DNA of 51,275 nucleotides, filler included, from Sphacelaria rigidula (lineage: Eukaryota): NCBI GenBank assembly GCA_964200075.2. It is 3 parts of 3 records of this genome, joined end to end, with 100 filler letters (N's around TTAATTAATTAA, not from the genome) between each part and the next. Parts side by side here need not be neighbours in the genome. Positions count along the whole stretch, not along the records: positions 1 to 17,029 come from CAXNAA020001183.1; positions 17,130 to 34,154 come from CAXNAA020001184.1; 1 more part is not named here. One strand, 5' to 3'. Positions 13,901 to 25,140 of this stretch are shown in pieces. A program made the translations under genes and the position numbers. The notes under the pieces are model-generated. The model was not told where the DNA came from and did no database searches. It was given only the letters and a program-made list of their open reading frames with translations. Within the stretch, counting starts at the first letter, position 1. Each line of letters begins with the position of its first letter.

Positions 13901-15452
13901 TCGGAAGTAAACTTTTGTCCTTTGCCCTCAACCATGCCGCAAAGCATCCATTTCCCCCTCGAACTCAGCAAAAAGGTGCTTTCGCACAAGCCCCTTGAGA
14001 GGAACGGAAGACGGGCAACCCCCGATAATTCGTTTCAGGTAGGTCGAGAGGCATGAGGTTGTCCACATGCCAGTAATTTGTCGTGAGTTAGGGTCACAGC
14101 ACTGTTGCCCGTTCTATTTTGGAATTGAAACACATTCCAATGTTCAACCTCATTTTCGGAGATAATCTGCCCTGATCTTGAAGCTGGTTTGGGGAGGGGC
14201 TATCGCGGCATTACTCGTAGCATGAACAATACACTGACGATACTTGACCCCGTTTCGCCACAATAAAGGGCGCATGTGTAAGAGCGAAGGCAAAGCAACC
14301 CAGGTCCAGCGCTAGGACAAGGGTCGAGGCAGATGACTAACGAGGTCGCAAATATGGTACCGGGAGATTCCCTCTTTTCGGGCGTGTGATTCATGGATGC
14401 AGGTATGAACTACGGCGCAGTAGACACTGACAAATCATGTAGTTGAGGTATGCCTCCCATCATACTGAGCTCCATGAAGATAAATCCGTGCTGGAGAAAG
14501 CAGGCACTATGATGCCTTCGAAACGAACAGCAAGCTTCAATTTCTCTGCTGCAGTTATCTGAATCGCTGTACAGGGTTGTTCAACAACGGACGAGGAGCT
14601 GACGGTGGATAACACCCCTCGGGTAAGGTTGTTTCCAAATCCGATTTTCAAAGCTCAGCACACGCTAATGACATTGTATCAAACCGCCATGCTAGTGACA
14701 CGAAATGAGTAATATATATATATATATATATATGTGTGTGTCGGTATACGGGGGCATTCATCAGTGCGAGATCTTGCTAGTTCGAGAATAATGGGATTCG
14801 ACAAAGGTCATAACTGGAGGTGGTGTTATACACCGTACAACCTGTTCAGAAACACACAGTGGTGCGTGCGTGCGTGAAGTCCACAGTGACTGTGCTACAA
14901 GTTCAAAAGTTCAGCAATCGACCAATATTCGCAAGGCCCGCTCAAAAACAATCTTCCTCGCCCGTACTTGTAGCACAGTACATGCCCTCGTTTCGTCGGA
15001 AAGTCCCCATCCCGGTGGCTTTGTTCGTTCGATGAAGGGGTGCCCCTCTGCGGAGAGAATATTTGAATGTGGATATTCAATGAAAACAGCTGAGCTGTAC
15101 CCTGGCGTCGTCGTGCAGTATGGTTGCTGACACACGAAAATACCAACAAACAGACACACACCACACCCATGATTAGCCTTATCACGACGGAAAAATGTCG
15201 TTGGATCCTCCTTTCTGACCTTCTCGCCACAAGGGTATACGAGTACCCTGCCCATGCAACGGCCGCAGCAACCAACAGTCCTGCGATCACCCAGCTGCGG
15301 ACACCAGTCGAACTCTTGTGGTTAGATCGTTTCCTGCTCTCCGTTGTTGTCCGCGTAGCACCGCCGCCGCCGCCGCCACCGCCACCGCCGCCTGCACTGC
15401 TGGATAGGCAGGTTTCATGCTCGCGCCCAAATCGCTTTGGCAATGGAGCCAT
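1596..15452 (-). CDS. GT8-like (glycogenin/galactinol-synthase-like fold) type II membrane glycosyltransferase, 5' part; join(15452..15220, 5331..5206, 1736..1596), 3' exons beyond contig start
   Basis: The three exons splice in phase (2/2) via GT-AG: MAPLPKRF...SWVIAGLLVAAAVAWAGYSYTLVARR|ESFQPAS...APVVAYVISLTHLDEGPS|SFLDAAEVLLRSIRRV...PIAFVLPKVSDEGRRLLEEIGWR. This gives an N-terminal TM anchor followed by the GT8 N-terminal pattern 'AYV.....y..ga.vL..Sir.......v.lv...vs...r..L...Gw'. The DxD motif is not in the window. Confidence 0.75.
2200..2392 (+). mobile_element. (CAAT)n-tailed retroposon, family A
   Basis: T-rich body followed by TTGGGTACGTACGTCTATCTTGAGACCACGGCTGGACCCCTGGGGGGTCAGTTAAAGTGCGA(CAAT)n. 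The 5' boundary is approximate. Confidence 0.7.
3967..4045 (+). repeat. Compound microsatellite (CAA)n(CGA)n
   Basis: Directly visible; it generates the spurious poly-L and poly-C ORFs in the track. Confidence 0.95.
5206..5331 (-). CDS. GT8-like glycosyltransferase exon 2
   Basis: Acceptor TTCACCTAG|, donor AG|GTCAGA; 126 nt, phase 2/2; encodes ...APDDAPVVAYVISLTHLDEGPS. Confidence 0.75.
6424..6610 (-). mobile_element. (CAAT)n-tailed retroposon, family A, reverse copy
   Basis: Reverse complement reads ...CGTACGTCTATCATGTGACCATGGCTGGGTCCCTTAGGGATCAGTTGAAGTGCGACAC...TCAAATAATC. Confidence 0.65.
7828..7985. repeat. Inverted microsatellite: (TAC)n, then CTATAG, then (TAG/CAG)n
   Basis: About 85 nt of TAC repeats immediately followed by their degenerate reverse complement, centred on the palindrome CTATAG at 7913-7918. 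Confidence 0.9.
9110..9413 (-). mobile_element. G-tract-associated repeat, long family L, truncated copy
   Basis: The plus strand starts GGGGGGGTGTACTCATGATC and aligns with 33442-33990 and 49510-50045. This copy stops at CACTGCCTCA in another G-rich patch. Confidence 0.8.
9640..9921 (+). mobile_element. (CAAT)n-tailed retroposon, family A, long copy
   Basis: T-rich body aligns with 10515-10768 (TAGATAGACCATTTC.../GTCTACTATGTCGTTC.../TTCAGTGAGTGTTTCAGTTT) and ends GACCACGGCTGGATC...GTGCGACAATCGATCAA. Confidence 0.75.
10515..10768 (+). mobile_element. (CAAT)n-tailed retroposon, family A, long copy
   Basis: Homologous to 9640-9921; ends ACCACGGCTGGACCCCTGGGGGTAAGCTAAAGTGCGA(CAAT)n. Confidence 0.75.
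10830..13682. repeat. Non-coding modular/foldback repeat block (GAGTTAGACCC.GAAA.TT.GCACA modules and long imperfect palindromes), probably non-autonomous DNA transposon(s)
   Basis: The module occurs at about 10833, 10943, 11037, 12521 and 12928, and inverted at 13170. Palindromes span 12925-13172 and 13238-13682. Confidence 0.6.
15220..15452 (-). CDS. GT8-like glycosyltransferase exon 1 (poly-Gly cytoplasmic tail plus TM helix)
   Basis: ATG at 15452, donor AG|GTCAGA after 15220; 233 nt ending in phase 2. Confidence 0.7.
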
Positions 15453-15987
15453 GTAGTTGTTGTAGTTTTGCTGAGTCTGTGCAGTCTTGCGCGCAAAGAA
15501 AAAAGAAACAATTTTCAGTGGAACTGTTCGCGTAGAACAGTCATCGTACAATGTTTGAGCTCGAAACAGACGCAGAACACGCACAGCTGGCGTGGTGGTT
15601 GCGCGCCCAGCGGAGGGGTAGGAGTCCAACAAGCGGCATCGCTGGAAAGCCTAGTTCAAGGCAGGACTGTCTGTGTGGAAATCTGGCCGCTGAGGTGACT
15701 GTTTCCGCAGTTATATGGTATGGATCGTGTTGCTTTGCATTGCTGCGTGGCGATCGCGATGGTACGCCGGCAGGCGCCGGCCATGATGTAGACCCCACGC
15801 TTTGGCGAGGCGCAGAGGGCAGCCCATAATGTATTCAATCCAACTGAAAAAGAATCATGTAAAATGGTGCCGGCGCGAAAATTAGCACAGGAAATGTTTG
15901 CATGCTTGTTTGGTCGCAGAGGCGGCGAAATTGAACTGCGAACAATGCTGTAGTAAAGCGGCATAATAGAGTGAGTTTCGATGCGGT

Positions 15988-16172
15988 CATGTACTGTGTA
16001 TTGCTGTGCACTGTTGTATTGCACTGCAGTATACTGTATTGGGTATCGTCCTGCCTTGTGCTGTACTCCTCTGTGCTGTACTGTACTGTTTTGCCCTTTA
16101 CAGTGCTACGGTGTATTGCGCTCTACTGTCCTGTCCCATTCTGTACTGCACTGTCATGTACTCCACTGTACT
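15988..16172 (+). repeat. Degenerate pentanucleotide minisatellite (CTGTA/TGTAC)n
   Basis: Repeated ACTGT/TGTAC/CTGTG units; it generates Cys/Tyr-rich spurious ORFs in several frames. Confidence 0.85.
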
Positions 16173-17029
16173 TAGCTGCCGCATATGATGTAACGAAGTT
16201 TTTGTGAGATGGAGAGGTGAGGATACATTCCAGAATAGGCAGCGGTGAATACAAGAATTAATAATTTCTGTTCCGAGATGCCCCTCCACGGCGCCCCACA
16301 CGCCTTCCATTGTAGCTTGCCAATGAACTCCTTCATATCCCTGAGTACGGTAGAGGCGTCAGCTCGAACCTTTCGCGAGTGATTGAAGCGAACGAAAGCA
16401 CACACATGATGAGAAATTGGTCAAGATGAAGCGAATGATATAACCCGCTCTCGACCAACGCTCTCCTGCCAATATCACGAAAACATTCTTGTACGTGATG
16501 ATCGTGAGTCCGTCTCGGGTGGGAGACGGCGCCGGCGTGTACATCGGGGTTGAAAGTAGGGCCGCAGTGGGCGCGGGTTCGTGTACATGACAGTAGCAAT
16601 CAATCACATAACCACAGGTCCGACGGTTCATCGCTCACTGCGGTCGTGATTGGCAGGTGTGGTACCATGAACACGCCGCCGGGGGGAGGTTGCGTGACAG
16701 GCCGCGACTCCGAGAACGAGGGAGTAAACGCCGTGGGGACACCGGTGAGACACGCATCTGTTGCCCTGCACAATGTTTGCATCGCATTGTCGTCCACATG
16801 TGGAGCACATGTTGTCAGGGATTCAAAACACCGTCGTTGTTCTACGCATGGCGTCCTATATCACGACGAATGTATGGCGGCCGATGGTTCCTGTCCCTCT
16901 TGTCGAGCCTACCCTTTGGATTTTGATTCCTGGTAGGCGGGCTCCCCACCAGAATGAAAATACCTTGCCCACCAGTTCCTGAGAAATAATGACGGCCTCA
17001 ACACAGCCCGGTGTGGTCGCTTTGCAACT

Positions 17030-17129
17030 NNNNNNNNNNNNNNNNNNNNNNNNNNNNNNNNNNNNNNNNNNNNTTAATTAATTAANNNNNNNNNNNNNNN
17101 NNNNNNNNNNNNNNNNNNNNNNNNNNNNN
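17030..17129. other. Artificial contig linker N44-TTAATTAATTAA-N44
   Basis: Exactly 100 nt, the core has stops in all six frames, and an identical copy lies at 34155-34254. Confidence 0.97.
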
Positions 17130-17140
17130 TCTTCCCGCCC

Positions 17141-17232
17141 TCCCCCCCCCCCGCTCCGTCTCGAAAGGGATGCGTGGTCAATGGTCACACGACTAACGCA
17201 AGCAACAAGTGAGTACGCCCCCGCCCCCCCCC
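17141..17232 (+). mobile_element. G-tract-associated repeat, short family S
   Basis: poly-C, then GCTCCGTCTCGAAAGGGATGCGTGGTCAATGGTCACACGACTAACGCAAGCAACAAGTGAGTACG, then poly-C. It is the reverse complement of the copies at 29022 and 33208. Confidence 0.8.
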
Positions 17233-17818
17233 ACATCGAAAACAAGTCTGGCTCTGTCTTTTTGTCTTCATTGTCTCTTGTACGAGCTGGGCTAGCAGCA
17301 AATCCTGCATTCGCTTCCCCCATCACAACCTCTCAAATTTCCCAAATCAGCGCGACTTGAGCATATCGCTGCGAACTGTTGACCAACCCGGTAACATACA
17401 GCGCTGCCGCTGGTCCATTGGCGCAGTATTGGCGATGATGTTTTTGTACTGTAATGAGTACCGGGTATGCCTCTTGTTGCGTGACAGCGTGTCTGGAGAC
17501 GTTTCGTTTCACAAAATGCGGTGGAATTACGATAGACAGTTGCGCCGCATAGGCACACGCACACCCGATATGCGCAGGCAAGAGCACACTGGTAGTGCTG
17601 CAAGATGATATCAAGCTCGTCAACAGCACCATCATGGGAGAGAACCTCCGAACCGACTGTCGTATATCACCGCACGAGGGAAAAGTCCTACTTGAAACTG
17701 CGCTATACCCCCCTCCTCCCCCCCCTCCAAAGCAAGACCGTCACCAAAGTATTGAGACCATTTGTAACCCAGGAGGTACAAGAGATTATGCACGATTAGA
17801 TTATGCACAGAAACAAAG

Positions 17819-17895
17819 TGGTCATGTCGGGATTCGAACTTGTGACCTGTGTAATTGGAGGCTGTCGTATCAGTTTGACCAGCGAGGCGCAGCCA
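17819..17895 (-). other. tRNA-like Pol III promoter relic (tRNA-derived SINE head or tRNA pseudogene)
   Basis: The minus strand has an A-box-like TGGTCAAACTGATA and a perfect B-box GTTCGAATCC (17839-17830). No intact cloverleaf. Confidence 0.35.
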
Positions 17896-18069
17896 TGTCG
17901 CACGAAAAATGCGACGCGATGCTCAATTTTTTTCATTTCTCTCCATTTTTTCTCTGTTTCTGATAACGAGCTGGATTTTTGCAATCAACTACGTAATGTG
18001 AGATAATCATCTCGTTGTGGTGTTTGTGTCTGTGCGTGTGTTACTGTTGCTGGTGTCGTCGTCGCTGCT

Positions 18070-18209
18070 TCATTTCTTCTTTCCTTTTTTTTGTGGATGT
18101 TGCTTCTGTCTTTTTCTGTTCCCTTCTTTCTTTTTCTGCTCTTTTTTTGCTGCTCCTGACCACGGGCTGGACTGTTGCAATCAGCTAATGTGAGATTATC
18201 AATCAATCA
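18070..18209 (+). mobile_element. (CAAT)n-tailed retroposon, family B
   Basis: Ends TGCTGCTCCTGACCACGGGCTGGACTGTTGCAATCAGCTAATGTGAGATTATCAATCAATCA, near-identical to 51105-51267. Confidence 0.8.
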
Positions 18210-18563
18210 CCATCTCAAACAAACACAGGCGTGCCCACCACTAAATTTGTGCCGTCCGACTAAAATGGGTCAAAGCACTTGAAATTATGCGTCAATGAGC
18301 GACAAGGAGCTAGACAACCCAAGTGCGGTCTATTCTTGGGTGAACACGGAACCCAGCAACCGGACGCATGCATCCGGCTCAAAAATACAACCCATTATAG
18401 ACGAGCATCCACTCATCCAACTTACGTACTCATTGCCGATAATAACGCCTGAAAAGGCGCTCCGCCCTGTAAGGTCTAGCAAAGACCTTCTTCGTACTCG
18501 AGCGGACGCGGTTAGACGAGGGGCAGAAGGAAGGAAACTCAACTGAACACAACGTGCACACAC

Positions 18564-18754
18564 CTGATCGAGCGCAGCCTCCAGCGTATAGAGCGAAGAG
18601 AGCCGGTTGTCTCTGGCCACCTGACATCGCTTCATCCTACGCATGTGCACAAGCGCGGCATTCTTTTGACCTTCCTTGTTCGCCCTAAGCGCATCTCTTT
18701 TCAGGTCCGCTATGCGTAGGTCCAAGCTCGCGGCGTACGCTTGAAGGTTGGACA
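18564..18754 (-). CDS. CHMP7: CHMP7-like exon 6 (Snf7 domain)
   Basis: CTCCAAG| ... CAG|GTGTGT; phase 1/0; Snf7 coiled-coil pattern. Confidence 0.85.
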
Positions 18755-21700
18755 CTTGGAGGCGTTCATCGGCAAATAAATGTTGCACCGCAGCACTTTG
18801 AGGTCCACGTATACATTGCATGTGGTTGTCATGAACAATTTGACGGCTTCAACTAGCGGGAGAGAGCGGAAAGGGAATCGCCCCCTTGCAGCTTGTGTTT
18901 TTGTGGCTTTGGCAAACCAGCGTAATTTCTCGATGTCCGCGACGTTTTTCACGTGAAGGACTGATAAGTCACGAGCATCAACGATTCACTAGGGTGTATC
19001 TTTCCCAGCACACGCTGGTCGCTGTGATTGCCAGGTGTGTAAGCTAGTTACGCTGGCAAGACGTGGTGAGAGCCTGTTTCCGTACTAGTCCAGTACCTCA
19101 ACAGCTCATCCATGTGAAATATGACTCATACCAAGAATGATAACAACGTTGGGCAACATGGGCGAGCATACGCGGATAAGAGGCGATGGTGCGGTGCAAA
19201 ACGTTCGACCAAAATCCACGTCACGCTTGATTAAATCACCAGTGTTTCCCTGCACGGCGGTGATGTGGAACTGCATCACACCTCTTGTGGATCACACGGA
19301 CGTCAACAAACCAATCCCATCTAATACCTCCACGCCATCACCCTCACCCGTGTGTCGCAGCTTCAATAAATCCTTGTCCAATTGCGAGATGCCTGACAGG
19401 CCCCTCGCCGTCCTGGACCCCTGGCCCGTGGGCCCAGGTGCTAGAACTTTCAACAACCCGGCATCAATGTCCCTCACGGCGCGCTTCGTGCGCACCATGT
19501 GCTTCGCCAACAGCGCTACATCATCTCCGAAAAGCTTGGACATGAGAACCGAAAGACGATCGCCCACTGTGCCAGATCCAGGGGCATGGCCACTTCGGTA
19601 CGTTGTTATCCGTGGTGGTGCTGCCACCGCCGCCGACCCTGCCGCTGCGCACAGCTGCTGGAACGTTGAAGGTGGCGTTGTCTGCTTTTGTTGTTCTGTA
19701 TGAATGATGGCGTTTGCCTGCTTCACGCATCAAGCGGCAATTATACCCGGAGCGTCAATGCCAATACCATATCTGCCTCATATTCGGTGCCACTTGGTGC
19801 CCGGGGAATGGAATGACGGTGGCATTAAGTCGAACTCGCACTTGGACTTCGACGTATCGATGGAGGAAATGAGATTGAAAAACTGAAGTGCCGTTGGTAC
19901 TTTCTTCAATTTTGTTCCCGGCGGCATCGACTGTGCCCTGTTGGTTGGTCGAATGAATGAACTGACAGCCGCTGATGGCGGAAGACGCATAACGAGGTAC
20001 GACATATGCTCATCTCGAGAGCGACGAAAATACCCTGACGAAAAAGTACTCTTGGAAAGAGGACTGGTTTTAATAGGCGGTGCTACAATATTGGGAACAC
20101 GATGATTACTACTGGTGTTATCGATGTAGACTCGTTTCTCGTCGTATATAACACAGTCGGATCGCCAAGTTGGGGTGCAAAGCCAGTTGACCATAGGCCA
20201 TATTCGCACACATACATGTACGTTCAGATACAGACAGGGTTGTCGTAGTCGATGCTCTGCCTAGGGCAAAGAAGGCATGGTCGATTCCACATGCTCCCCC
20301 GTCCACGACGCGGATCATGGTAAAGAAGAGCAGAGTGGCTTGTGTAGAGAACAGTTGGACACAATACTGAAATGATGGGCGCCACAAACGGTGGCAAAAC
20401 CAGGGGCATTGGGATGTACTATCGTCCGCCGTCCTCCAAATGCGGAGGAAGTACAACCAACCATGCCGAAGGCAACTATATCCTTGGTCGATGGTTGTAA
20501 GATAACCACAACTGTAGTAAAGCATCAATCAACTCATTCCCGACCATCTTCGACGAACTGTGGTTGGGACATGAGATCTTTACGCTTCGCACCGGGCCTT
20601 GCGCATCGAGGTAGACAGTCCTTTCCTCCTCGGGCAGGGAATGACAGTGTTTCACCAAACGTTCAGCTACAGCTTCCAGCACATGCCTGACGAAACAGCG
20701 GCGCACGTATCAAAAGTCAGCATGGTCATCTTCCACATTAAAGTCGGAGACTATTAGGGGTAAGGTGAGGGCTCTGATTAGGGTTTGGTATGTGCTTGTT
20801 TGAGACCCTTCCCGGGGTGTAGATATGATCCCACCGCAAGCTCATCATGATATATACGACTCTACTAGGATAGCCAGTTCATCCGTACGACACTGTTGCA
20901 TAGGAAGTGCTTGGAAACTCTGAAAAATGGCATAATCGAGGTCGGGTCTGGCGGGCTCAGAAGCGCTCGTCGATCCGACTGTATCGTAAAAACAGAGACA
21001 GCAATACCACACATCAACCGCATACATGATGCGTGTAGGTAAACGATCAGTTTTGATTTATTGGACGTTAGCCAAGTGAGTGCTGCTATCGTGTTTTCTT
21101 CAAAGATGGAGGAATAACATCATTCCGTCACGGCCTGTGACTACATAGGAGACATGGTTGCCAGCTAATCTAGAGGTTGTTGATTCGGACACAGTGAAGA
21201 TATGGCTCACATGTATATAGCTGTTGATACTCATTTATACCCAAGTCTGGGGTGCTGCTTCTACTGCTACTTCTGCTGCTGCGACCGCTAGTGCTGCCAG
21301 CAGTACTATTACTACACCGTTGACTCACGGAACTTTGGGTTGCTGCTTTTTGCGAGTATTTTGCTCACCTATGGATATATTGCCCAGCGGGAATGCTTTG
21401 TTTGCTTCCGTCTAGACCTAGCATGCTGAAGAGGTACACCAGAGGTGTCTCCACCAGATGCCTTGCAAACCCTTTATCCACCTGATGAGGTCCCAACAAA
21501 CGGAATATAACAACAACATCGTTGGACCACGCCCGATATACTTGACGGCATGCAGGCGCAAGGTACACGGGCATGGTGCGCGGTAGAGTCAATGAGTGCG
21601 GCGGGGCAGCGGCACAAAGCCAGGCGTAAAATGATCTACAATATTGGCCACACGGCGTGGAGGGTGGCGTAAAGCAACCCGGTCAAACGCTGCGGAGGGG

Positions 21701-24362
21701 TTGCTCGTATGCCAATAACTGCTCGGCGATACATTAACTTCTTGCTTTTACAGCTCCGCGGCTACTTTAACCATGGGTTGCCTTTGTACGCATTGCGTAC
21801 ATTCAGTGAAGGGAGATATGGAACTGGAAATAGTACATCGTCATAACGCGTTGTCGTCCGCGAGAAAAATAATAACAACGTGACATATGGTTCCTAGCGC
21901 CAAACCTCCGTCTGCGCGAGAACTTCCACACACAAAAATCGGAATTTTTTGTGAAGAGGGTTCCGACATTTCCAAATCACATTTTTAGAGAGTGGGGTCG
22001 CGTAGAGCTCCTCATGACGATACACGTTATAGCTCTACGGTGCGAATGGCATATACTATACAAGTAGGGTGGGTGAGGCTCACCACTCCGCCGTCTGACA
22101 AGCGGGTTGTACCACATCAGTACTGCAGCAGAAATTACGTTTGTACAGGGAAATTGGGGCGAATCGATAATGATCAAGTAGAGGCGTCATTAGATTTTCA
22201 TTGTCTTTATATACCACGCGAGGGGCCGATTTACCGCGCGCGCCACCTATTGTTCGAAGCACTATTCACAAGCTCCCCATCGATGCCCGTATCTACTAAT
22301 ATGTGGTTGGTGTCAACAGAGGTGCGAAATAACATGATCATTTGATTACTTTTGGAATCTGGAAGGTGTTCTGGAGGCGGAAGTGGACGGAAGTAGGTGG
22401 GCATATCTACGCTGGGAAATACGTACGAAAGTGTTGAATCAATTCTAATTTCAGGCATGGAAGTCTAGACCTGACCTCATCAAATCTTAGACCAAAACGT
22501 TGGCCAGAATTACCCTTGGTATCGTGTACCCCACGCATGTACGGTACCCAGTAAAGCACTGGACAGTCTCGATACAAGCACCGTTCAGTCCATGAGATCG
22601 TAACAGAGGAATGTAGAAAACTTCCCGGACATTGCTCTGTAGAGCAAACTTACCGTGACGAGGTACAATGCACCCCGGTTTTATGACAATGGCGTAGGCC
22701 ATGCCATCACTCGTCAGCAAATCTCCTGTACCGACTTTATCTCGTGGTGACATTACGGCAGAGAGGTCCCCTACAAAATTCATCGGCGATGTACCTCGCG
22801 AGCATTGCAGAGAAGACGGTAATCTCGGGGGTGCCCGGAGATCGTAATCAACACCCGAAGGCCATCAGACTTCAAGTTTCGTGCTTTTATTGGAGGGGGT
22901 GTTATCCAGCCAATGTCATTCCCGCCTGAGTCTCGAGTTATTGTCTAGTGTATAGCTGGAACCCCCCCCTTCCCCACCCTCTGGCCCAAGGTCTGTGGCT
23001 TATGAAAATGGGGGTGTCCGAGCATGCCAGTTGACCGGTCGTAGCTGCATCGTTGGGGTTCAGGGCGACTTATCAAGGAGCCCATTCGGCAGTAGCAAAA
23101 GAGAGACTGCCTATTATGTCCGGCTGCTCCCAAGTAGTAATGAAATCCATGCCACCGCAGGCCATATTATTGGCGGTTGTTGAGAAACATTGGCAATGGT
23201 CTTGATATTTTGCGACCCTTGCATGCCCCCCCCCCCTCCCCGAAGCAGAGGGTCCACCGTACAATACGAACCGATACAAGGACAACGCGTCCTTCGAGAT
23301 ACCGACTGCAATAATATATATCGTAGTGCGGTTCTTGCAGCTTTCGACTTTCTAGTACCTAGAAGTTGGAATTTCTCTTCCCTCCGGGGGGAAAGGACCA
23401 CAGTTCTGGAACATTGCTAGGCTTCAGCTCCGTATGCGCGTTTTTTTTGTTAATCATGCTCATTTTTGTGCTCGCCTTAAGCTCTTGAAGAAAAAAGCTT
23501 ATTCGAAGCCACAGAAACCCAAATTAGGCTAAACCTCATGCGCGCATACGGAGCTAAGGCCTAAACGCTGTAGGGGGTAGTGGCCCCATGTGCAACTATT
23601 GTACAAAATCTTGATTATATTTTTTCAATGACGAGTCACGAGTCATGCCATAGGCCATAGGGGACACTTTCAGCAGCTGCTGCAATGGATGGAGGCGGCG
23701 CATAAAAATTTATCGCAACTTAATGCTCGTTTCAAGAACACTATAAGCTCGTCAGAAATTTTATGCTCGCCTTGAGCTTTCGAAAAAGAAACTTATTTCA
23801 AGCCCCAGAAACCCAAATCAAGCTGAAGCTTATGCGCGCATATGGAGCTAAAGCCTAGATATTACTCGGGGCTAGACTCTTGCTAGCAACTACACCTAGA
23901 TTCTAAAAACGGGTGGGGGTGCTTAGGTATCCGGCACTCGTACTCCGTCCACGCCGTCCACGGGGACCCTTGCCACAGTGTAGAAAAAATATCAACAGTA
24001 ACAGTACTGCATACCTCTAAATCCCCGCGAAACATAAGCTCGCCTGACGAAATCATGTTCCCGATTGCCAATTCCAGTCCAGGAGCAACGACATCATGCC
24101 AAGCGAGTGTGTCCTTCGCAAGCACCTCTAGGTCCAACGATAAGTCAGCAGATGTGGACTCTTGAAAGGCATGACCTACAGCCTTGGACCAAAATTCCAG
24201 CATCTCCTCCCTCGCGTGTGACTGGTGATTACTCAAGGCCTCCTGCTCAGATGCGGCGACATGGCTCGTCAAAAATGCCATCCGCTCTTCATCTGCCCAA
24301 TCCGCTGCAATTGGACATGTTGGTGAGGTGCCTTGGCAGACGGGACAAGAACCAGAAGACAT
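18564..24362 (-). CDS. CHMP7: CHMP7-like (N-terminal winged-helix region plus C-terminal Snf7/ESCRT-III domain), 3'-partial; join(24362..24015, 21481..21369, 20686..20593, [19937..19842], 19717..19348, 18754..18564)
   Basis: All junctions are GT-AG and phase-consistent (0,2,0,0,1). The N-terminus 'W.DEERMAFL...EMLEFWSKAV...PGLELAIGNMISSGEL' matches the CHMP7/Cmp7 start. 'ISQLDKDLLKLRHTVSNLQAYAASLDLRIADLKRDALRANKEGQKNAALVHMRRMKR...LSSLYTLEAALDQ' matches Snf7 helices 1-2. Confidence 0.85.
19348..19717 (-). CDS. CHMP7: CHMP7-like exon 5
   Basis: AAGCAG| ... G|GTGAGG; encodes ...DDVALLAKHMVRTKRAV...ISQLDKDLLKLRHT; phase 0/1. Confidence 0.75.
19842..19937 (-). CDS. CHMP7: CHMP7-like possible exon 4 (symmetric, phase 0/0)
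   Basis: CAACAG| ... CAA|GTGCGA; open 96 nt (GTVDAAGNKIEEST...YVEVQ). Not required to keep the frame. Confidence 0.45.
20593..20686 (-). CDS. CHMP7: CHMP7-like exon 3
   Basis: CGTCAG| ... CCG|GTGCGA; encodes HVLEAVAERLVKHCHSLPEEERTVYLDAQGP; phase 2/0. Confidence 0.75.
21369..21481 (-). CDS. CHMP7: CHMP7-like exon 2
   Basis: CATCAG| ... AG|GTGAGC; encodes VDKGFARHLVETPLVYLFSMLGL...YIHR; phase 0/2. Confidence 0.75.
23417..23858. mobile_element. MITE with about 23-bp TIRs and a duplicated right end, in CHMP7 intron 1
   Basis: Left end TAGGCTTCAGCTCCGTATGCGCG (23418). Two right ends: CGCGCATACGGAGCTAAGGCCTA (ends 23563) and CGCGCATATGGAGCTAAAGCCTA (ends 23857). Confidence 0.75.
24015..24362 (-). 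CDS. CHMP7: CHMP7-like exon 1
   Basis: ATG at 24362; donor GAG|GTATGC; 116 codons. Confidence 0.85.
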
Positions 24363-25140
24363 TTCCTTACCCGCCCACAGCTCCTAGCTGTGGGAGTAGG
24401 TGCCGCACGGGGTATAACGACCCCGGCCGGTCGATTTTTTCGAACTCCGATCTTCTCGAAGTCTGCGGGGAACTATTATTCCAAACTCTTATGGATGAAA
24501 ATATGTTTCTATGAACTGGGTCGTTCGTGGAGCGAAGACCAGTACCACTCGAGAAAATCAACGACTTCGCCCGGGGGGGGTGATATACCCCGTCAATGAT
24601 GCTAATTGTTACCAGACTGTCGAACGCGAGGTTCACCACTGAAGCTTGTTATGTATACTCCAAGGGCAGTGTTGTTCGAGTTCAACCTCGAAAATCACGA
24701 CATCTGGCTCATTAGATCCCCATCAAGCAGTGATGGTCTCCTTGGCTCGCATTGCGTCTCACCGCCTTGTTCAACATGTATTTTTGTTTTTTCATAACAT
24801 GTTTTTCCGTACTCAGACCCGCGGTATGAGGATCCAAGATCCGATTCCTAGTATCCAAGACCCTTGGAATGTAACCGTCACTTTCACTTGTTTCTCAACA
24901 GGAATAGAAACTTGCCCGGGGCTGCGGTGCAAACTACGGAAAAGGGCAACGCGAGCTCCATACTTCTGGCGGGAAACTAGGCGGAGTAAGAACGCTGGCG
25001 TGGAGCAGCTTAGGTGGTCTATTCCTTCGAGAGCGAGAACCAGCGGTTGGCACACCTCGAAAGTGAGAAAGTGGACCAAAGGTCGGGGTGCGTTCGCGGG
25101 GCCGAGACTGCCGAGGAGCCACCTTATTTGTACTGTTGTA

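Noticed and set aside
17074..17085. TTAATTAATTAA as a biological motif or piggyBac TTAA site
   Set aside because: It is embedded in symmetric N runs and repeated identically, so it is an assembly linker.
17130..18560. Remaining 3' exons of CHMP7
   Set aside because: No phase-0 exon with Snf7 helix 3-5 similarity could be identified; they are probably on another contig.
21990..23200. ORFs within CHMP7 intron 1
   Set aside because: No recognisable domain or consistent splice chain; exon 1 joins exon 2 in phase without them.
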